From Podospora anserina (Eukaryota), in assembly GCA_017654855.1 (NCBI GenBank), contig CM030332.1, positions 7,378,001 through 7,442,000 on the forward strand: a stretch of 64,000 nucleotides of DNA, in the 5' to 3' direction. This document shows positions 11,002 to 22,869 of this stretch, piece by piece; position 1 is the first letter of the stretch; each line of letters opens with the position of its first letter. The position numbers and the translations under genes were made by a program. Below the pieces are notes generated by a model. That model searched no databases, was not told the DNA's origin, and saw only the letters and a program-made list of their open reading frames with translations.

Positions 11002-11508
11002 TGTGGTGATGCTTTCAGTAGATTCAGAGCCAACGACGACGAGTATGTGCGACAGCCAGCAAGATGAGGAAGAAAAAAGTTAAGGAAGACTGGTAGTTCC
11101 CGGGTGACTTCTCCCTGGCTTACACGGCCATCTAAATGCCAAGGCCGCGCAACACCCCGGCAGGCATGCGGGCAGCCGCTGATAGCAAATGCTGGAGTGC
11201 GATTGAGCTCGGCTTTCCACGGCCTAAGCCGGCCCGGTCTGTTGTGGTAAGCCCACCTTCCAGGAACGACTTGGTTTCGAGGGGGGTTCACAAGTCGAAG
11301 GACGTCAGTGATGCTGATCGTGGGCTCCGTGTCTGCCCAGGGCCGCGGTAAACCGCTGAGCCGCGTTTTTGTTTCGCTTTGCTCTCGATCCCTTACACCA
11401 ATTCTCACGATCTTCTTGCACCTGTTCTGCTTCCGTGGTTGTTCCTTTTTGCGCAACAGCACTATCCCACCATCTCCAACGTCATCGCAACTCCGTCCCG
11501 TCGCAAGC
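11002..11508. promoter_or_regulatory. Bidirectional promoter of ivdA/mccB with CGG-triplet (Zn2Cys6-type) motifs
   Basis: 507 bp separate the divergent ATGs. CGG-N7-CGG-N7-CGG lies at 11210-11232, and GCGG-N4-CCGCTGA at 11168-11182 and 11345-11359. Confidence 0.65.
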
Positions 11509-13289
11509 ATGCTCCCCCAAATATCGCGACAATTGAGTCGCCAATGCCGGCGCCCTCGCCTTCTCCGTCCAACACCCCATCCCTCATCACCAAGAACACC
11601 ACGGTGCAGCAGCAGGACAGTAGCAACCTTCACCACCCCCCACCAATCCTCCTCCATCTCCGTCATCCCCACCGCCGTCGACCCCTCCTCCCCCGAATAC
11701 CTCGAAAACACCAAGCTCATGTCTGCCGCCATGTCCCGCCTCGAATCCCTCACCCGCAAAGCTCACCAGGGCGGTCCCGCAAAGGCAAAGGAAAAGCACC
11801 TCGCCAGAAAGAAGATGCTCCCCCGCGACAGGATCACGGCTTTGATCGACCCGGGGAGCACCTTTCTGGAACTTTCTCCCCTGGCCGGTCACGAGCTCTA
11901 CCCCGAGGCTGAGGTGCCGTGCGGCGGTATCATCACCGGAGTGGGTGTTGTCGAGGGAGTGGAGTGCGTAATCGTTGCCAACGACAGCACCGTCAAGGGA
12001 GGGACATACTACCCTATCACGGTCAAAAAGCATCTTCGTGCGCAAGAGGTGGCAAAGGAGAACAACCTCCCGTGCATATACCTTGTTGATTCTGGAGGAG
12101 CGAACCTGCCGCACCAGTCGGATGTGTTCCCGGACAGGGAGCATTTCGGACGGATCTTCTACAACCAGGCGAGGATGTCCGCTGCGGGGGTTCCACAGAT
12201 TGCGGTGGTGATGGGGCCTTGCACTGCGGGAGGGGCGTATGTACCGGCCATGAGTGACGAGAGTATCATTGTGCAGGAGCAGGGTCACATCTTTCTTGCG
12301 GGGCCGCCGTTGGTCAAGGCGGCAACGGGGGAGGTGGTGAGCCCGGAGGAGCTGGGGGGGGGAAAGATGCATAGTAGCGTGAGTGGTGTGACGGATTACT
12401 TGGCGGTGGATGATGCCCATGCTGTTGTGCTGGCGAGGAGGTGCGTGAGTAACCTCAACTGGCCCAAGAAGACCGCATTGGTGAAGACGTATGAGGAGCC
12501 GGTGTATGATCCGGAGGAGCTGCTGGGGATTGCGAGCACCAACCTCAGAAAGCCACTGCCGATCCATGAGGTTATTGCACGGATTGTGGACGGCAGCAAG
12601 TTTGGTGAGTTCAAGAGGGACTTTGGGACCACGCTGGTGACGGGCTTCGCCGAGATTTACGGGCACAAGGTTGGCATTGTGGCCAATAACGGGATTCTGT
12701 TCAGCAGTTCGTCGCTGAAGGGGGCGCATTTCATTGAGTTGTGCTCTCAGAGGGGGATCCCGCTGGTGTTTTTGCAGAACATCAGTGGGTTCATGGTTGG
12801 TAAGGATGCGGAGAGGGAAGGGATTGCGAAGAACGGCGCGAAGCTGGTCACGGCGGTGGCGTGCGCGGATGTGCCCAAGTTTACGGTGGTGGTGGGAGGT
12901 AGTTATGGTGCGGGCAACTATGGCATGTGCGGGCGGGCGTACTCGCCGAGGTTCTTGTGGATGTGGCCGAATGCGAGGGTGGGCGTGATGGGTGGTGAGC
13001 AGCTCGCCAAGGTGATGGAGACGGTTGGGAAGGGGGTGGATGAGGGGTTGAAGGACAGGATCGAGAAGGAGAGTGATAGTGTTTTCTCGAGTGCGAGGTT
13101 GTGGGTGAGTATTTTGTTCACGATCATCGAGGTCCTGAGTCACGGATTGCTAACATTGGGGTCCAGGATGACGGTGTCATTCCACCACAGCATACCAGGA
13201 GATACCTGGGCCTGGGACTGAACGCCGCGATGGGAGGCAGGAACGATGTCAAGGCTGGTGCTACGAAGTTTGGTGTTTTCAGAATGTAA
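11509..13289 (+). CDS. mccB: 3-methylcrotonyl-CoA carboxylase beta (carboxyltransferase) subunit, mitochondrial
   Basis: Exons 11509-13104 and 13167-13289 (intron GTGAGT..CTAAC..CAG). Motifs [62 protein letters not shown] and C-terminal FGVFRM. Confidence 0.96.
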
Positions 13290-14156
13290 ATGCTCGCCAG
13301 GTAATGTCATGGAGATGCTTGAGGAGCGGGCGTAGGGGAGCAAGCATGTGTTTTGATGATATAAAATGAAGAAGTTCTCACGAACCGAGATAGGCCAATT
13401 CATTATTATCTACTTTGCCCATCTGTTTCAAAGTCGGTTGCATCGTCAACACTCTTGCTTGCCATCCTTGGACTCCTATCAATCTGCCATGGTCGCCAAA
13501 CCCTCATAAATGGTATGTCTGTGGTTCGTCTCGTACTGCTTGTGGATACGGCGTCATCATGGTGTTTTGACAGTTTGCTTATCAGCCCTTCCCCTCACCC
13601 CTCACCCCTCACCCCCCATCCGATCAACCCCTATTTCAGGGGCAAATGTCTAGTCGAAGATGCTGTCATCCGCGTGATTGAACAGCTTTGCAATCGACCC
13701 ATCTGGGCACTTGTCGATCTGCCACGCAACAGTTCTGTTCTTCGTGTTTCAAACCCGAACGCCGTCACCGAAAAGCGAGAATTCCTCCAAGCGCACCATT
13801 CTCACAGGAAAATGTGGGCTTGAAAAGATCCAGATGCTTTATCGACAGCACCGATCTCTGATCTAGCCCTCAAGTGCGGGACTGGCGGTAGGAAAGCTAC
13901 CCCTACTTCCCCACATGGAGGCGCTTCCAGACTTGTCGATTCCCTGTCAGATACCACCTCAGAATGGTGGGGGGGGGAGACTGCGGGCAGGAGTGGTATA
14001 AACCAAGCTACCCCGCTTGGGGATATCTGAACTGGACAGGAAACACGACAAAGGATATCGGGAAAGATAAATACCATTGAAGCATCGAGAAACCAAAAGT
14101 TCTTGACATCGCCATACTTCGAGAAAGCATCAACAGATTCAGACCAAAACCCACCC

Positions 14157-15499
<1,343 letters not shown>

Positions 15500-17840
15500 A
15501 AGGTTCATCATCCATGGAGTGGTTGGATTTGTGTCGGAGAAATGGGGATGTAATATCATGTCATGACATGAGATAGAATAGGGGGCGTTTTTAAAAGAGC
15601 GAGCATAGAAGTATGCAGCCAAATTGGATTTAATCAAGTTCACTCATTTGTTTACTACTTTCTTCATGAAAGACATATTCGTGAGAGATGGGCTATTGAA
15701 TTCAATCCGTCCGACTCCCCAGGATGGACCTCAAGCTACATAGGTGACGAGCAAGTCAATTAGAAAGTGAGGTGGGCATCTCCATAACCCCCAACACCTC
15801 ACCGCATCTTTTACCTTTTCTTCTTCTTTTTTTTTCTTTTCTTTTTTTCTCGAGAGAAAATACTGCTTTGAGACATGAAAAGTCCTTTGATAATGCAGTC
15901 TTGACGGACGAATGGAATCCAAAATCTCTTAGAGCCGAAAGCAAGACGCCCACCACACGCTCCTCACCCAAAACCGGGCCGGTTCTGACAGGTCATATGC
16001 ATCGGTTCGGTTCGGCATGGTGGGCGGCAGTCTGGATGGTTGTTGATCAAGTCTTGACTGCAGCATCCAATGTACACAAACGTACATCCCTTGACATGCA
16101 CTTTCAGACGAGCTGATATGCGATGTGAACAACTCTTTTGGGTGTATCAAGGGCGACCGCACTTGTTTGGGCGAGAAAGAGAAGACCGGCGAGCTGGTGA
16201 CGGGAGAATATAATGGGTCAAAGCGTTTCGAAAGCCTGTTGCAGGGGTAGTGTTAGGGTGGTGCCCAACTGTAGGGAGATCAACTGACACGTAATTAGTT
16301 TTGGCAAAACAGGTACGTACCAAAACCAATGTGGTATTCCCTTTACCCCAAAAACCAGAGAAGAAACAAAACGTTGATCATCTGATCTCCTGTGTGTCAC
16401 CTTGTGGCATTCTGGGTTCCATGGCACACAAAAGGCACAACAAACACATCGAGACGCTCACTAACACCCACACCCCCTCACAGGGCAAAGGGCAGTCCCT
16501 GATCATGTCGTCAACCGCTCCTCTCAGCCTCGGCCAAAGAATATGAACACCCCTTCGCCTCCTTCCTCTCCGAGAGAGGGAATGAAAAAAAAAGAAATTA
16601 CTCTCGAGCTCGCCATGCCGCAATGAACCAATGGATCAAGGTCATGTCCTGTCACAAGACTGGTTCCCCGCAAAAGCTGGGCAGATCAGAAGATCCCGGA
16701 CCAGGGGTTTGACGAGAAGACTGTTCACAGGAATAAAAGAGGGGAAAGAGAGAAAAAGACACTTCGTCGTCAGATGTTGGCCGGCCGGCCGCATTAGCTG
16801 GCTAGACCCGTCACCGTCCAAGCGGTTCTTTACGTACTGCAAACCAAGCTCATTGCAGGAGAGGAGCAAGGGGTGGTTTTTCCTTCTGTCTTTGCATCGC
16901 GCTGGTGCGGGTAGGGCTGTGTTTTTTTCAAACATTGGGAATTGGGCGGCGGCAAAAAAATAGCCCTCCCCAGCATAGTACAAAAGCGGTGAAGTGTGTT
17001 TTCCTTCTCAGAGGAGGCTGGAAGGGCCGCCACTGGGTCGCGGAACAGATGATGCGGTCTGGGGAAAGCTGGGAACCTTTTGAAACCCCCCTGTCGTGAT
17101 ATAATCCGGGGTTCAAGTGGGCAGAAAAAACGCGCGCCGTGCTTGTCATAGGGGAGGCCTGGAATTAGCCAAGTCTGTACCACTGTGTGACAGTGGGAGG
17201 AGTCAATGGACCAGCGGGAACAGAATTCTCGGATGGCTGTCGCGTTTCCCTTGCTTGGTTACCGTTGGTGAGCAAGCCCGGCCTCAGACGTCACTTTGTT
17301 TCTCAGTTCCTCCGAACCACGGCGGAAAAGAAACGTGATGGCGATCTCGTCACTGAAAAGGGAGAAGGCCGTGACGAGGTTGGTCTCCCCGCTACGCCAT
17401 CCAAACACGGGCGAGGGGGTTGAGCGTGGGGGGCGATATGGGCGGCGTATGGCGCTGATGTTGTGGAAAGGTCGTTGGCATTCCGAGGTCTTGGTCCACC
17501 GCAGCCATCAGCGGAGCGGCTCACACTCTCCTTATGCGTAACCATCGGAGGCTCCAGCTGAGCTCGTAACGGGGGCCATGAGGCGGGCAACCACCGTACG
17601 CAGATCCGCCCGAGAGCTGAGTCGCACGGGCAGACGAGGTCAACCACGGACCACAGGCGGCAGGCCGAGTGAAAGAGGGCCTCCGAGGAGACGATAGACC
17701 CTGTGCGAGAACGGGCTGGCTGTTCAAGTAACACTCAAAATCCCACGTGTGCCGTCGCCAGGTGTGCTTGTTTCCACACGAGTGCGTAATCTTCGCCCAC
17801 CGGTGACCGAAACTGGAGCGGTTCCCGTGGTGGTTTTTGG

Positions 17841-17900
17841 GGCGGTGATAGGTGGTGATAGGTGGTGATAGGTGGTGATAGGTGGTGATAGGTGAAGATA
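17841..17900. repeat. 10-bp tandem repeat (GGTGGTGATA) x ~6
   Basis: ggcggtgata (ggtggtgata)4 ggtgaagata, giving six GATA cores at 10-bp spacing. Confidence 0.9.
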
Positions 17901-19593
17901 TGTGGTGTGGTGGTTATCTCTTCCCCCGGACAGTATCCGAAAAGCAAACCCCACGGCCAGCGCAAGGTTCAAGGTTGATGCCCGACGACAAGTGCAAGGG
18001 TGTTCTAGCCGGGCTGGACTTCCTCTTGCTTTTGCTGCCCGCAGGGGAGGCGGTGAAACGGCAGCGTGAGAGTGAGAGCGAGCGCGTGAGGTTCCTTCTT
18101 CTCCTCTTCTCTGTCTCGGCTCTGGGGGTTCTCATGGTTTTCATGGTTCTCATGCAGCACCTGCTTGATTTGGAACTGGCAAGGCTTCCGTGGTGTCGGT
18201 GATATCAGAGAGAGGGTGTCGTCGGTGCCAAGGGAAATACTTTTGTCCTCTGGTGCCTGACACCAGTGTCAGCTGGAAAATGTCAAATGGCATTTTGCTG
18301 GTCAGGTCACGATGGGCCCCAAACCCATCTCTCCGCTTGCCCCAATCCCGGCTCGTCCCCGGCTTTCTGCTGATCTGCTCACCGGATCGGATCTGCAGAG
18401 CCAGTCCAGACCAATCTGCCAAGGTGGTGCCTAGCCTTCGGTGCGAGCCGGGAGCTTTCCAGGGCCTGTGCTTGGTTTTTGGGGGCGTGTCCAGTGCCTG
18501 ACATGCGCTACCCGGCCCCCTTCTGCTGCAGCTCTAGCCCCTGTTCAGTTGGCACCTTCCAGTGCCTCCATGGGGATTTCTTCTCCTCCTTTCCTTCCGG
18601 ATGCCCCCAAACTCACCCAACTTCTTTTTCCATTTCTTTTTTGATAATAAAAATTCGAGCACCTTCTCGCTGGGTGTCCCGTGCTTGGTTGGCTCAGGTT
18701 TGGTTCCAGATGCAGACGCCAGTGATGGAATTGGTTTGCGTCTCACTGGCATTGCCACTGCAATAAGCTTTTCCGTGTTTCTGCTCGTTGGCTGTTCGCC
18801 GGGCAGCCCTCGTGCTCAACCTTCGTCGTCCCATCCCAACGCTCATGGAGCACCTGGACCTACTCTGCTCTCCTCACTCGACTGGACATCAGACGGCTCT
18901 TTTCTTGCCGCCTCGCGGTGCCCTCCGGCCCCGAAGAGAGAGCGCACGAGCTGAGAGCAACAACGAGAGGGGCAAGGATCTACTCTCAACAACGGACCGT
19001 ACTCTCGTTTGTGAACGGTACGTGAGAATTGTGCGGAAAGAGAAGAAGCAAATCAGCGCGTCGGGAGGGAGGGAGGGGGCTTCTTGCTTCTGGTTCATGA
19101 CCCTGGATTTCCAACTCCCAGCCGTTTCCCCGAGACACAAACGACGCTCGCACTTCCGACCGGCCAGCCACCGACCCCTTCAGGCCTGGTCGCTCAAAGG
19201 CGCCAGTGAGGTGTGTCGTGTCGAACCAGGGAGGCCTTTGCCAAGCTGCTTGAAGCTGTAGGTAATACGTCCGGGGTTAGCCCTCCCTCCACAGGATGCG
19301 CGCCAGAGACTTATATCCCAACTTCTGTCACATCATCACCGCCCCCTGTCACTTGTCCATCATGGCCCAGATGCCTGAGCTCATGTCGCCCGTCCTTGTC
19401 TCAACTGACGCTTATCTTTTGTCTAGGTCCTCGCCCTGATCTATCTTGCTCCGGCCATCCCGCCGGCGTTTGCTCTCAGGTTTTGGCTAGCCTCATGCTG
19501 TTTGTCAACCAGCTTGCCTTCTCAGATCTGCTGGAGATGTCTGTCTGATCCGGCTTCACCTACCGTCAACTAATCCCTTCGCCTTTCGCAACA

Positions 19594-21527
19594 ATGGAGG
19601 CCATGGCCATGGCTATGTTGCTGCCCAAGGGCATTGTCGAAAACACGCGCGAGATATACAAGGAGGTGGCGAGCTATCCCATCGTCCCTCCAGAGAAGCT
19701 ATGGCAATATTGGAATGGTATTTGAGCCGACGACGCCCTTGGAAACCGGTGCCAAGACTCTTGACTAACACGCACATCTCTAGTCTACACAACAACCTCA
19801 CGAAAGCTTGTTGACCCAACCGCGTACAGATTGGAACACTTTTGGTGGCATGTTTGGGGAAGTGACAGACGATATCTCAGCGGGCCAACGCTTGCCAAAC
19901 TGTTCGAAGAGGTCTCCCATGGCCCGACATTCGTCCCTTTACGATCTGTTAGAAACAGATACGAAGGGCCATCGGTAGGCCGCCTTTGCATTGCTGCGGT
20001 CGTTGACAGAGAAACTGATAAACTGGACAGGGCCACAGCGATGCACGTAATCATGGCAGAGGAGACGCAAAAGCAGTCTCACGGCAGGGGCAGCCCAATC
20101 AAAACTCGGACCAGCAGAGATCAGCCCCTGTTGGCGGAATGAAGCTACCGACGCCGTCGTCTTCGAGGCCACCCCCAGCCCACCCGATCTTGAAGAAGAA
20201 GAATAGAGGGCCTTCTGGATCAAAACCAAGGCCAACGGCTCGATTCGTGGACCCGTCTGCTTTTCAAGAGCTTATCATTCCCCCTTTGACCGAGCCAGTT
20301 GCGCCACAGCAGCTCCCGTCCTCGCCTCCGGGCGAGCCGGTCGCCAAGAAGAACAGGGCGGTGGCAGTTGTTGATGAAGCGCAAACTCCTACTGCAGTCG
20401 ACATGCCGCCGCCGCCGAAGCCTTCACCTCGCGTCACAGAGATGCCTCCCCCGCCAAAACCATCACCAAAGCGAAAGAATGTCCCTTCGGCCGTGACGGT
20501 TGCCGGTGGAACCGACGTCCGTCCACCGCCAATCTCACCAGCCAAGCCCGAGAGAGCTGCGCCGCCGACAGGGAGACGGATTGTTGCCAGCACAGCAGCA
20601 TCGAAGAGGCGTCCAGTCATGTCGAGGAGACAGAGCTCCCAAAGCTCAGGGGGCACAGGAACGCGCGTCGTCAGCCCGGCCACCGCGGCGCTGGTGAAGC
20701 AGGTGGTGGCGCAAAAGTCCAAAGGACAAGAAGGAGTCGGCCACCAAGATTCGGCCATAATATCTTCATCAACGGAAAGCCAAGGGGTTGTTCCCCCCAT
20801 CAGTGCAAAGTCAGCTGGGAAACGGCCAGCCAAAGCCCCAATAGATCAACCAGTCACCACTGCGCAGAACGTACACCCACCCCCTAATCAGGCAGATGGC
20901 CGGCATAATCGTCCTCTTCTAGCAACAGAAAGCCGACCACTTCTCGCGGCAGAAATGAAGCCACCGACATACATGGCCGCCCCTTTCCAACGACGATCAA
21001 CCTGGGACTTCGACGCCCAATTTCGAGAACCCCGGCCCCAACCTCGAATCCCTGGGGGTTTGGTCCAAGACCGAGCTCAACGCCCCAGTTTCGGCCTCCA
21101 GCGATCTGCCCCCATGATGGCGGGATTCGTAACCAGCACCACCACCAGCCCCATCCGAGGATCCAGCAGCACAGCCACAGCACCAAAAATCGTCCGTTCT
21201 CGCTCCAACAATACGGACAATCGACTCTCCCTCATGGCCCTGCCGACGGGTGTTACGAGTGTGGTAGCGACTACTACTCCTGCAATAGCAACAGCACGGT
21301 TTGATTCAGAGCCGGTGGCGTTTGCACCTCGGGAGCCGGAAGCGAGGGATATTCCGGATAGTGTGATGGATTTGTCGAGAGGTTTCACGACGAACCCGGT
21401 TCTGCAGCCGTGCTTTACGCCCACGCCACCGAATCCGGCGCCGCCGATTCCGTTTGGGAGGTCGAAGAGCCAGTTGCATTTGTTGTTGGAGAAGGAGAAG
21501 GAGAAGTTGAAGAGGGGAAATTTTTAA
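19594..21527 (+). CDS. DUF1752-like (AreA N-terminal RLENxxWR-type) domain protein with long Pro/Ser-rich disordered tail
   Basis: Exons 19594-19717, 19784-19974 and 20031-21527 join in frame through canonical introns. N-terminus reads LWQYWNVYTTTSRKLVDPTAYRLEHFWWHVWG; C-terminus PFGRSKSQLHLLLE. The ORF track shows it only in pieces. Confidence 0.8.
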
Positions 21528-22127
21528 TAATCAAGACTAATTTCTATCACGGGGGTTTAATGACTGAGGGAGAGCGAGTTGTGTACATGTCACTGGTGGG
21601 TAAACCACATTGTATTTATAGCTGGATCGATTATCCTGGGGTTTTGGTTTGGTGAGCGGGTTATGGGGGTTTTGGTATTGTTATTGATTGGGATTTTTTG
21701 GTATTGTTATGTGATTTTGGGATTTTTTTGGGGGGGAGGGGGGAGGGGAGGGGGGTGGTGGGCACAACGAGATGATATGGTTTTGGTCTGGTTTGTTTGG
21801 TAAGTTTGGTTTGGTCAAGGCACAAGGGCAGGTCACAGATACCCCGTTGTCGTAGTTTTGGTAAACGAGAGAGGTGGAAGGGGGGCCACAGTTTTAATGA
21901 AGTCTGTTTTTGCTTTTTGAAGCTTGAGCACCCTTATGTGTGTTGTCGGTCGGTGGTAAGGGGAGGAGCATGTGTTGATGATTACATTTGTTCATGTTGA
22001 CAACCCTCAAAGTTCCCTCTTCTTTCCTTGGTTACGAATACATACATATATTCCGGGACACGAACCTGCCCAGAAATAAGGCTTGTCTTATGTGCTGCCA
22101 TCAAGAGAACCAGGATCGAGCGTGTGC

Positions 22128-22184
<57 letters not shown>
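22128..22184. repeat. (GAT)n microsatellite between convergent genes
   Basis: About 19 perfect ATG/GAT units. Confidence 0.95.
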
Positions 22185-22186
<2 letters not shown>

Positions 22187-22869
22187 CTTGAAGCGCAATT
22201 ATGACTAGATTTTTCACCAGGGAGGGGGGGGGCCTTTGTTTCTATTCTGGCTTGACCTACCATTTACTGCCCATCCTCAAAACGTTACATCGAGTTTCCT
22301 TAACCCCTTTTTTAACCCCCTTTTGGTTGCATTTTGCCCCAACTACCACCGTACCACCCCAACTTTGACAGCCATCTCCTGTTTGTGAAGTCAACTACAG
22401 ATCAGGGTCGCTGGATCAGGGGGCACGCCACAACCATTGATGATATGAAACAATATATTATTATCACCAAGAAACCCCCCCCCCCCAAAAAAAATTTAAT
22501 TTAAGAATCCATCGGTGCAAAGGGGTATAGTATAGTAACACTTTTGTTTGCTCTCCAAACCCAACTTTCCCCAACTAGTTTATTCACGCCTCCCAGGCTT
22601 AAACGATTGATCGTCCCTTTCCAACCCCCCCAAATCTTCCCGTCATTATCCATTATTACTCCTCTCTTTCTCTCCATCTTGTGTGCGCAAGGGGGGAGGG
22701 GCGCGGGCGGGTAAGTAAATGGTATGTATGCATACTCGTAAGTACTCGTTGCCAAGTATACTTTTTCCGTGTCCATCTCTTTACTTCCCTAGAGTTCCCG
22801 TTTTTCCATCCAAAAGTACCCAACCCTGATGATATCCTACAATTTGTTCCCTTCTTGGCATCAACAACC

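Noticed and set aside
11587-13143. 518-aa antisense ORF over mccB (and similar shadow ORFs over ivdA, ABC1 and SLS1)
   Set aside because: His/Arg/Pro-rich with no motifs; an expected by-product of GC-rich codon bias on the sense gene.
15500-19000. Short ORFs in the long interval upstream of the DUF1752-like gene
   Set aside because: Low-complexity translations on both strands with no splice-consistent model.
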